A stretch of DNA of 64,000 nt, taken from the NCBI GenBank assembly GCA_965224185.1, contig OZ245042.1, positions 5,146,761-5,210,760 on the forward strand, read 5' to 3'. Source of the stretch: Rhodobiaceae bacterium. GTDB lineage: Bacteria; Pseudomonadota; Alphaproteobacteria; Rhizobiales; G965224185. Positions 37,325 through 45,502 of the stretch are shown here, piece after piece. Positions within the stretch are counted from its first letter, which is position 1; each line of letters starts with the position of its first letter. Under the pieces are notes generated by a model. That model was not told the DNA's origin. It made no database searches and worked only from the letters and a program-made list of their open reading frames with translations. The position numbers and the translations under genes were made by a program.

Positions 37325-38572
37325 ATGGGAATCGATATGACGAAAAACACGATGCAGCATAATATTGCAGGCAATTTCTGGCGGAATCGCTCAGGCAGCG
37401 TGGCGATCATATCCGGATTGCTGATAGTCGTGCTTGTATTAGGTGTCGGTGCCGCGATCGATTATAACGTCGCGCACAGCCAACGCCAGCACATGCAATG
37501 GGCGCTCGACGCGTCGATCCTGGCTGCGGCGCGGATGGAGAACGCCACCGTCGAGGAGCGCAAGAAATACGGAAAATCCGTGTTTCTCGCCAATTATAAA
37601 GGCGATTCGGCCGCCAGCTACGATCTGACCGTCGAGGCCGGCAATATCCGCGCGACGGCGACGTCCGCGGCGCAAACGTCCTTCATGAAACTGGCAAATA
37701 TTGACACGATCGATCTCAAAGCGACATCGGAAGTGCCGAAACTAAGCAGGACCATTCCCGCGGAAATCGCCGTGGTCCTAGACTACTCAACCTCGATGGA
37801 AGATGAAGACCGGTACATTAAGATGAGAGAAGCCGCCATCCAGATGATCGACATCATCACCGATGGCGGAATGAACACGAACGTCAAATTTGGACTTGTT
37901 CCGTTTGCCGATGCCGTGGCCGTTGACTTGCCCGATAAGCACCTTTCTTCCCCGTCAACATATGCAGGTTGCGTCACCGACAGACTTCATCCCTGGAATA
38001 TCGGGGAAATGGCCGGGACAGGAGAAGATGGGGCAAAATGGGGCTCCTACGAGGAAAAATATTGCTTGGGTTACCAACAAGAACGCACCGTCGTTGCGCC
38101 GCTATCCGCCGATCTTGATGCAATCAGGGTGCAGCTAAACAGGATGGTTCCAGTTGGTGCGACCAACCTGGCGCTCGGCGCGGCCTTTGGCTGGCAGGTC
38201 CTGTCGCCCATCGGCGCCTTCAACCAAGCCGAATCCTATGACAAGGACAAAGTCGTGAAGGTCATGGTATTTCTGACCGATGGAATGCAGACCTACAATA
38301 GCCATGGACCCGGAGACACGCGCCAGGATCCAGGTACTGTGGATGCGGGCGTGCAAAATACAAAGGATATCTGCACCAATATGAAAGATAAGGATATCCA
38401 AATCTACACAATCGGTGTTCGTCTCATCACACAAAGAGCTGTCGATATTCTTACCCACTGCGCTACTGATAATCACTATTACGACGTTGATAATGTTGCG
38501 ACGGAAATGGAAGTAGCGTTTCAGGATATCGGAAAAAAAGTCAAGGACGAAATCCTCAGGCTATCGCGATAG
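37325..38572 (+). CDS. TadG/TadE-like N-terminal domain plus von Willebrand factor A domain protein
   Basis: N-terminal RSGSVAIISGLLIVVLVLGVGAAIDY (Tad-like pseudopilin anchor). VWA MIDAS-like VLDYSTSM...TN...FLTDG. Visibly lower GC than the neighbours. The start is ATG 37325 or 37337. Confidence 0.7.
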   Translation: MGIDMTKNTMQHNIAGNFWRNRSGSVAIISGLLIVVLVLGVGAAIDYNVAHSQRQHMQWALDASILAAARMENATVEERKKYGKSVFLANYKGDSAASYDLTVEAGNIRATATSAAQTSFMKLANIDTIDLKATSEVPKLSRTIPAEIAVVLDYSTSMEDEDRYIKMREAAIQMIDIITDGGMNTNVKFGLVPFADAVAVDLPDKHLSSPSTYAGCVTDRLHPWNIGEMAGTGEDGAKWGSYEEKYCLGYQQERTVVAPLSADLDAIRVQLNRMVPVGATNLALGAAFGWQVLSPIGAFNQAESYDKDKVVKVMVFLTDGMQTYNSHGPGDTRQDPGTVDAGVQNTKDICTNMKDKDIQIYTIGVRLITQRAVDILTHCATDNHYYDVDNVATEMEVAFQDIGKKVKDEILRLSR

Positions 38573-38713
38573 AAAGCAGGCCTAACGCGGCGGTTCGGCG
38601 TGCCGGGCCTGCCGCCGACGGCGAAATCCGACAAATCGACAAATCACGCCAATAATCACGCTCCCTGCTGACCCAAGCGTGATGTGGTGAAAAATACTCA
38701 TACGTCACAACGC

Positions 38714-38755
38714 ACGGTCTTTCCCGCAAACGTGGGAAGGACCGTTTCTTTGTTT
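38714..38755 (+). terminator. Candidate rho-independent terminator or attenuator
   Basis: Stem acggtctttccc / gggaaggaccgt (one G-U pair) followed by ttctttgttt. It lies 140 nt after the TadG-like stop and 90 nt before the E1-like start. Confidence 0.4.
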
Positions 38756-38847
38756 GTCCCGAAACCAATAGAATGCAATATGCGTTAGAGTTGGGTGGCC
38801 CCTCGGTCACCAAGCCGTAATCTATGCGACAGACAAGGACGCCGGCC

Positions 38848-41265
38848 ATGGCCCTGCCAGCCGCCAACGAAAATCGATCACCATTGCTCGATATCGAGAC
38901 ACTGGAAGCGCTGGAGCGCAAGGTGCTGTGGCTCGCCACCCAGATGATCCATCATGCCAACCATGTCCGGCCGAGCGATGACGGGTTAAAGGTGGGTGGG
39001 CACCAGGCATCCTCGGCGTCGCTGGCAACGGTGATGACCGCGCTTTATCTGCGTGTCCTACGGCCACAGGACCGGATCGCGGTCAAGCCCCATGCGGCGC
39101 CGGTCTTTCATGCCATTCAATATCTGCTCGGCCATCAATCGCTGGAAGCCTTGCGGAATTTCCGCGGCTTCGGCGGCGCGCAATCCTATCCCTCGCGCAC
39201 CAAGGATCATGACGACGTGGACTTCTCCACCGGATCCGTCGGCCTGGGTGCCGCGGTGACCGCTTTTGCCAGCCTGGCACGGGATTATCTGGTCGCCCAT
39301 GGCCGCGACCCGATCGGGGCGGACGGCCGCATGGTGGCGCTGATCGGCGATGCGGAACTCGACGAAGGCAATATCTTCGAGTGTCTGCTGGAGGGCTGGA
39401 AGCACGAACTGCGGAACCTTTGGTGGGTCATCGACTACAACCGACAAAGCCTGGATTCGGTGGTGTCCGACCAATTGTTCCAGAAGCATGCCGATGTGTT
39501 CGACAATATGGGTTGGCAGGTCGTCACCATCAAATATGGCCGGCGCCTGCAGGCGGTCTTCGAGCAGGATGGCGGCGCGGCATTGCGGGACTGGATCGAT
39601 ACCTGCCCGAACGCGCTTTACTCCGCTTTGACCTTCCAGGGCGGTGACGCCTGGCGCAACCAGCTTGCCGCCGATCTGGCAAACGAGCCGCGGACCCTGG
39701 CCCTGATATCGGATTATTCCGATGGCGAATTGCACGATCTGATGACCAATCTGGGCGGCCACGACATGGCCTGCCTGATCGACGCCTTCGAGACCGCACC
39801 GGCAGACCGCCCGGTCTGCTTCATCGCTTATACGGTCAAGGGGCACGGCCTGCCGATCCAGGGCCACAAGGACAACCACGCGGGGCTGATGACCCCGCAA
39901 CAAATGGATCGGTTCCGCGAGGATTGCGGCATCGACCCCGGTAGCGAATGGGAGCGATCGGCCGGCCTGCCCTTTTCCGAAAGCGACCTGTCCGCAAAAC
40001 TATCTGCTGTTCCTTTCGCCCAGTCCTATCCCCGGCGCTATCACGCGCAGGCTGTCCCGGTCGACGGTTATGAATGGCCCGAAATTCGCGGCGACATGTC
40101 GACCCAGGAAGGCTTCGGCAAGATTCTGGCGGCGATCGCCGCGTCACAATCACCGCTCGCCGATCATATCGTAACCACATCGCCCGACGTCGCCGTCAGC
40201 ACCAATCTGGGGCCATGGATCAACCGGCGCGCGCTGTTCGCCCGCACCGAGCGGCGCGATGTATTTCGTGACAGGCAGTTGATGTCGCCGCAGCGCTGGG
40301 AGGCGCGACCGAAGGGCCAGCATGTCGAACTGGGCATCGCGGAGAACAATCTGTTCCTGTGCCTGGCGGCCCTGGGCCTGTCGCACAGCCTGTTCGGCGA
40401 GCGCATCCTGCCGATCGGCACGCTTTATGATCCGTTCATTGCCCGTGGTCTCGATGCGCTCAACTATGCCTGCTACCAGGATGCCAGGTTCATCCTCGTG
40501 GCGACGCCATCGGGCATCACGCTGGCGCCGGAAGGCGGGGCGCATCAATCGGTCGGCACACCGCTGATCGGTCTTGCACAGGACGGCCTGGCCTCCTTTG
40601 AACCGACCTATGTGGACGAACTGGCCGTCATCCTCGACTGGGCCTTCGGCTATATCCAGCGTCATGGCGACGAGGAGGGCGATGACGGCGGTTGGTTGCG
40701 GGACGACAAGGGGGGCTCGGTCTATCTGCGTCTCTCCACCCGGGCCATCGCGCAGCCGATCCGCGCCTTCGATGCGCGCATGCGTCGCGAAATCATCCTC
40801 GGCGGGTATTGGATGCGCCCGCCGGCCGAAGGGGCGGATCTGGCGATCGTCTACACGGGTGTGCTGGGCCCCGATGCGGCAACGGCCATGGGCCGGGTCC
40901 TCGACCGCTGTCCCGGCGCGGGCCTGTTGGCGGTGACCTCGTCGGATCGGCTGAATGCCGGATGGCATGCGGCCCAGCGGGCGCGCCGCGCCGGCATGCC
41001 GGGCGAGCCGTCGCATGTTGAAAGCCTGCTTGCGCCGCTGGCGCGGGGGGCGCAACTGGTCACCGTGCTCGACGGGCATCCGGCCGCCCTGTCTTGGCTC
41101 GGCGGCGTCGGCGGTCATCGGGTCCAGGCGCTTGGCGTGGAGCATTTCGGCCAGACCGGAACCATCGCCGACCTGCATGGACATCATCACATCGACGCGG
41201 ATTCGATCGCCGAAGCGGTGTTAAATATCTTGCCGAAAGGGCGCCGACTTGGGATGATCCGCTAG
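38848..41265 (+). CDS. Homodimeric pyruvate-dehydrogenase-E1 / transketolase-like ThDP enzyme
   Basis: About 805 aa. GGHQASSAS, the ThDP motif GDAELDEGNIFE...N, and a transketolase-like pyrimidine-binding middle domain (GIAENN). No E2 or E3 genes lie adjacent. Confidence 0.75.
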   Translation: MALPAANENRSPLLDIETLEALERKVLWLATQMIHHANHVRPSDDGLKVGGHQASSASLATVMTALYLRVLRPQDRIAVKPHAAPVFHAIQYLLGHQSLEALRNFRGFGGAQSYPSRTKDHDDVDFSTGSVGLGAAVTAFASLARDYLVAHGRDPIGADGRMVALIGDAELDEGNIFECLLEGWKHELRNLWWVIDYNRQSLDSVVSDQLFQKHADVFDNMGWQVVTIKYGRRLQAVFEQDGGAALRDWIDTCPNALYSALTFQGGDAWRNQLAADLANEPRTLALISDYSDGELHDLMTNLGGHDMACLIDAFETAPADRPVCFIAYTVKGHGLPIQGHKDNHAGLMTPQQMDRFREDCGIDPGSEWERSAGLPFSESDLSAKLSAVPFAQSYPRRYHAQAVPVDGYEWPEIRGDMSTQEGFGKILAAIAASQSPLADHIVTTSPDVAVSTNLGPWINRRALFARTERRDVFRDRQLMSPQRWEARPKGQHVELGIAENNLFLCLAALGLSHSLFGERILPIGTLYDPFIARGLDALNYACYQDARFILVATPSGITLAPEGGAHQSVGTPLIGLAQDGLASFEPTYVDELAVILDWAFGYIQRHGDEEGDDGGWLRDDKGGSVYLRLSTRAIAQPIRAFDARMRREIILGGYWMRPPAEGADLAIVYTGVLGPDAATAMGRVLDRCPGAGLLAVTSSDRLNAGWHAAQRARRAGMPGEPSHVESLLAPLARGAQLVTVLDGHPAALSWLGGVGGHRVQALGVEHFGQTGTIADLHGHHHIDADSIAEAVLNILPKGRRLGMIR

Positions 41266-41290
41266 GTCACATCCAACGAGGTCTCAAGCA

Positions 41291-42268
41291 ATGGTCAATG
41301 CCGTACGCGTCCATGAAACCGGTGGTCCGGAAGTCCTGAAATGGGAAGCGGTCGAGGTCGGCGATCCGGGCCCCGGACAAATCCGCCTGCGCCACACGGC
41401 GGTCGGCCTGAACTACATTGATACCTATTTTCGATCCGGGCTCTATCCGGCGCCGAACGGCCTGCCGCTCATTCCCGGCAATGAAGGCGCCGGCGTGGTG
41501 GAAGCCGTCGGCGACGGTGTCGATCTGTTCAATGTCGGCGACCGGGTCGCCTATGCGGGGCCGCTGGGTTCTTATAGCGGGGAACGGATCATCGATGCGG
41601 CGGGCGTCGTCAAGGTGCCCGACGGTGTCAGCGACGAACAGGCGGCGGCGATGATGCTGAAAGGCATGACCGCACGCTATCTGTTGCGGCGGACGTTCCG
41701 GGTCGAGCCGGGACATACGGTGCTGTTCCATGCCGCCGCCGGCGGTGTCGGCTCGATTGCCGGCCAGTGGGCGAAGCATCTCGGCGTTACCATCATCGGC
41801 ACGGTGGGGTCTGCGGCAAAGGCGGAACTCGCCCGCGCCAACGGCTACAGCCATGTCATCAATTACGCGGAAGAAGATTTCGTCGAACGGGTGAAGGAGA
41901 TCACCGGCGGGGTCGGGGTCGATGCGGTCTATGATTCGGTCGGGCGCGATACCTTTCCGGCCTCGCTGGATTGCCTGAAACCGCTCGGCATGTGGGTCTC
42001 CTTCGGCCAATCGTCGGGGGCGTTGCCGGAGATCAATCTTGCGATCCTGTCGCAGAAGGGATCGCTCTATGCGACCCGGCCGACTCTCTTCCACTATATC
42101 GCCACGCGGGAGACGCTGGAGGAAACCGCCAACGATCTGTTTGACGTGGTGGCCTCGGGAGCCGTGAAAATTGCCGTCAACCAGACTTACAAACTGGCCG
42201 ACGCGGTGCGCGCGCACCAGGACCTGGAAGGCCGCCGGACGACCGGATCGACGGTGTTGATCCCGTAA
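41291..42268 (+). CDS. qor: NADPH:quinone oxidoreductase (zeta-crystallin family MDR)
   Basis: MVNAVRVHETGGPEVLKWE..., the AAGGVGS cofactor motif, and the C-terminal GRRTTGSTVLIP. Confidence 0.9.
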   Translation: MVNAVRVHETGGPEVLKWEAVEVGDPGPGQIRLRHTAVGLNYIDTYFRSGLYPAPNGLPLIPGNEGAGVVEAVGDGVDLFNVGDRVAYAGPLGSYSGERIIDAAGVVKVPDGVSDEQAAAMMLKGMTARYLLRRTFRVEPGHTVLFHAAAGGVGSIAGQWAKHLGVTIIGTVGSAAKAELARANGYSHVINYAEEDFVERVKEITGGVGVDAVYDSVGRDTFPASLDCLKPLGMWVSFGQSSGALPEINLAILSQKGSLYATRPTLFHYIATRETLEETANDLFDVVASGAVKIAVNQTYKLADAVRAHQDLEGRRTTGSTVLIP

Positions 42269-42469
42269 TCGATTACAATTGACGAGCTAGGTTTGAGAGA
42301 TCGCACATCTGCGGTCGACCGATGCTCTGACAGCTCCGGCGATTAATTTTACGACATGGATGCGTATGGTTGTAATTGACCGGCGGAACCTATTGAAAAT
42401 AGGTCCCGGCCCTCTAAGTCATCAATTGGGTCAATTGGGTTGCATGGCGGCTTACACGAAACGTCTTTA

Positions 42470-43129
42470 ATGCGTTCTGTTTTTAAATTTCTGATAATTG
42501 CATCAATCGCCCTGACCGCGGCGGGGGGGCCGAGCGCAGCGTTCGAGCAAATCGGCTGGCGGGATCTGACCGTCGCCATCGAACCGGGCGAAGATCCTTA
42601 TTTCGGGCTCACATTTGAGCAACGGCAAGCATTTGAAAGACTGCTCGCGATTGCCCGCGTCCGCAAAATGAACCCGTTTTTGTCCAAAATGACCGATCGG
42701 GAAAAGGATCTTGTCGCCAAACTCGCAAGGTCCGGCATCGACGCGGCGGAACTGACGAGGAAGGAGGCGACGCTTCGGCGTAAAATCGCATTACAGCGAT
42801 CAACTGTCCGCGAGGATCGGGATGGCACGGACATCAAAATTCCCGGCTATCTGCTGCCATTGGGTAATAATGAAGACCCCAAAGCCGAATTTCTGCTGGT
42901 TCCTTATGCCGGCGCCTGCATTCACACACCGCCGCCGCCGGCCAATCAGATCATTCATGTCGTTCTAGATGCCGGTTTTCGCACTCACAACCTTTTCACG
43001 CCGGTATGGGTCAGCGGGCGGCTAGCGATCAACCGCACGCGGCACAGCGTCGGCCTGTCCGATGGGGTATCGAGCTTTGATGTGGCCTATCGTCTCAAAG
43101 CCAATCGTATCGAGCATTACGCGCGATAA
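42470..43129 (+). CDS. DUF3299 domain protein (secreted)
   Basis: Signal peptide MRSVFKFLIIASIALTAAGG. FLLVPYAGACIHTPPPPANQIIHV is the DUF3299 signature as I remember it. Confidence 0.65.
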   Translation: MRSVFKFLIIASIALTAAGGPSAAFEQIGWRDLTVAIEPGEDPYFGLTFEQRQAFERLLAIARVRKMNPFLSKMTDREKDLVAKLARSGIDAAELTRKEATLRRKIALQRSTVREDRDGTDIKIPGYLLPLGNNEDPKAEFLLVPYAGACIHTPPPPANQIIHVVLDAGFRTHNLFTPVWVSGRLAINRTRHSVGLSDGVSSFDVAYRLKANRIEHYAR

Positions 43130-43302
43130 ATCCGTGGTGCCGACGCTTGTAAATACGATTCCCAAGCCCCTCATTTGGATGTCGCAGAATACGTAAAAAT
43201 TATCTTTTGCCGGCCAAGGCCTTGGTGCATAGTGCCGTAGGGCGTTGTCTACATGAATAATGCGTGTTGTGGTAACAATGGAATCACAAGTCACATCATG
43301 TA

Positions 43303-43386
43303 GTCATTCCCGCGTAAGCGGGAATCCAGGGCCAAAACAAAGGCTTGCGTTTGTAACCCTGGATTCCCGCTTTCGCGGGAATGACT
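43303..43386. repeat. Nested-palindrome MITE/REP-like element
   Basis: Left arm gtcattcccgcgtaagcgggaatccagggcc. Right arm accctggattcccgctttcgcgggaatgac. Each arm contains its own cccgc-N4-gcggg hairpin. It generates the spurious ORF 43304..43489 (...SFPRKRESR...). Confidence 0.7.
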
Positions 43387-43432
43387 GTTTCATAATTCGT
43401 ACCGAGCCCGATTGAACGCAACATGCATTAGA

Positions 43433-43801
43433 ATGGCATTCGGAGGATCTTTGGGGCGGCTTACGACACATGTTCTCGACACCATGCACGGCCGGCCGGC
43501 GGCTGGATTGGCAATCGAATTGTGGCGCATTGACGATGGCGAAAACCGGCTAAAAACAGTTGTTACAAACAGCGACGGGCGGGTTGACGGTCCGCTGTTG
43601 GAGGGCGCTGAATTCGGGGCGGGAACCTTTGAGCTGCGTTTCTTCGTGGCCGACTATCTGCGGGCGATCAACGTGGATCTGCCCGATCCCGCATTTCTCG
43701 AAGTCGTCCCGGTCCGTTTCGGTATTGCCGAGCCGGACGCACACTATCATGTCCCGCTTCTGGTCTCGCCCTATGGCTATTCCACCTATCGCGGGAGTTG
43801 A
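43433..43801 (+). CDS. uraH: 5-hydroxyisourate hydrolase (transthyretin-like)
   Basis: LTTHVLDT..G.PA.G......R.......L....TN.DGR...PLL and the C-terminal HYHVPLLVSPYGYSTYRGS. Confidence 0.9.
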   Translation: MAFGGSLGRLTTHVLDTMHGRPAAGLAIELWRIDDGENRLKTVVTNSDGRVDGPLLEGAEFGAGTFELRFFVADYLRAINVDLPDPAFLEVVPVRFGIAEPDAHYHVPLLVSPYGYSTYRGS

Positions 43802-44020
43802 TATTGTGATTTCTGAAATACCCATCAGAAACACCCAGCGGCATCCCGTGCGCCGCGCAGCACGTAGTGATGCGTTGCAGACACGGGATCCGGCAGCAAT
43901 GCTCTGCGTTACCTTGGTGAGATCCCGGTGTCTGCATCGCAGCATTTCATGCTGCAATGCGCTCGGGATGACGAGTGCAGTAAACCGAATCTGGGCATCG
44001 AAAAGGAAGCTAAGCCCTTC

Positions 44021-45502
44021 ATGCGCAACGCAATACGTTTCTTGAGGCGCGGCCAGATTGTGGAATTGTCTGATGTCGGTCCGACCGATACTTTGCTCGA
44101 CTATCTGCGCCTGACGGAGGGAGCCTGCGGTACCAAGGAGGGCTGCGGCGAGGGCGATTGCGGCGCCTGTACCGTGGCCATCGGCAAGCCCGACGGCCGT
44201 GGCGGCGTCGCATATCGGCCGGTAAACGCCTGCATTCATCTGCTCGGTCAGATTGACGGCACGGAGATCGTAGCCATCGAAGACCTGGCCGGCGCGGATG
44301 GAACGTTGCACCCGATCCAGCAGGCAATGGTCGACCATCATGGTTCGCAATGCGGCTTCTGCACGCCGGGGATTGTCATGGCCCTGTTCGCCATGAGCCA
44401 CGCCGAGACATCGGTGCCGGACCGTGAGACGGTGAATGACTGGCTTGCAGGCAATCTGTGCCGTTGCACGGGCTATCGGCCGATTGTCGCGGCGGCGACC
44501 GAATCCGCCGAGGCAACCCGGTCCGACAAGTTCGCCGCCCAGGCCAAGGACACGGTCGCCATGCTGGATTTCATGACCGATAAGGACGATGTCTTCATCG
44601 GTGATGACAATCGTTTCCTGGCGATACCGGCAAGCGTCGATAGTCTGGCACAGCTCTACTATGACAACCCCGATGCCTGTCTGGTTGCCGGCGCAACCGA
44701 TGTCGGTCTGTGGATCACCAAACAATTGCGGCACTTTGACAAGGTGATCTTTCTCAATCGTGTCGACGGATTGAACCGGGTGGAGGAAACCGAGGGCGGA
44801 TTTTTGGTCGGTGCTACCGCGACCTATGCGGATACCGAGGATTTAGTCCGCGCTATCGACCCCGATCTCGGCATATTATGGCGGCGGATTGGCAGCAAAC
44901 AGGTCCGGGCCGCCGGAACGATCGGTGGCAACATCGCCAACGGCTCGCCGATCGGTGATACACCGCCGGTCCTGATCGCCCTGGGCGCCACGTTGGAGCT
45001 GCGCCACGGCGATGTCATGCGCACCTTGAGCCTGGAGGATTTTTTCCTCGATTACGGCCGCCAGGATCGCGGGAAGGGTGAATTCGTAACCGGTATTCTG
45101 GTGCCCAAACCCGGACCGAACGATATCTTCCGCTGCCACAAAATCTCCAAGCGGTTCGACCAGGACATCTCGTCGGTCCTTGGCGCCTTCAAATTCACCG
45201 TGATCGACGGCCGGATCACCGCCTGTCGCATTGCCTTCGGCGGCATGGCGGGGATCCCGGAACGGGCGATCCGTGCAGAATCCGCGCTCATCGACGTGGA
45301 TTTGGCATCGCCGCGCGACTGGTCGCCGGCGCTCAGCGCGCTCGCCAAGGACTTTCAGCCGATCAGCGACATGCGGGCCAGTGCCGGCTATCGGCTGGAG
45401 GCCGCCCGCGTGTTGTTGGGCAAGGCCCTGGCGGAAGCCGGCGGCGCGCCCTCGACCCGGACCCGGGTGATCGGGCAGCGGGAGGCCGCCGATGTCGCCT
45501 GA
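44021..45502 (+). CDS. xdhA: Xanthine dehydrogenase small subunit (2Fe-2S plus FAD)
   Basis: [12 protein letters not shown] and CGFCTPG iron-sulfur motifs, followed by an FAD-binding domain. The start is ATG 44021 ([12 protein letters not shown]...). Confidence 0.9.
   Translation: MRNAIRFLRRGQIVELSDVGPTDTLLDYLRLTEGACGTKEGCGEGDCGACTVAIGKPDGRGGVAYRPVNACIHLLGQIDGTEIVAIEDLAGADGTLHPIQQAMVDHHGSQCGFCTPGIVMALFAMSHAETSVPDRETVNDWLAGNLCRCTGYRPIVAAATESAEATRSDKFAAQAKDTVAMLDFMTDKDDVFIGDDNRFLAIPASVDSLAQLYYDNPDACLVAGATDVGLWITKQLRHFDKVIFLNRVDGLNRVEETEGGFLVGATATYADTEDLVRAIDPDLGILWRRIGSKQVRAAGTIGGNIANGSPIGDTPPVLIALGATLELRHGDVMRTLSLEDFFLDYGRQDRGKGEFVTGILVPKPGPNDIFRCHKISKRFDQDISSVLGAFKFTVIDGRITACRIAFGGMAGIPERAIRAESALIDVDLASPRDWSPALSALAKDFQPISDMRASAGYRLEAARVLLGKALAEAGGAPSTRTRVIGQREAADVA

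Noticed and set aside
38573-38847. Possible TPP riboswitch upstream of the ThDP-dependent E1-like gene
   Set aside because: The conserved CUGAGA and pyrimidine-sensing helix elements are not present. It is kept only as a generic structured region.
39058-42217. Long minus-strand ORFs 39058..39903, 40150..41190 and 41267..42217
   Set aside because: They are antisense to the E1-like and qor genes, with no motifs and Arg/Pro/Gly-rich composition.
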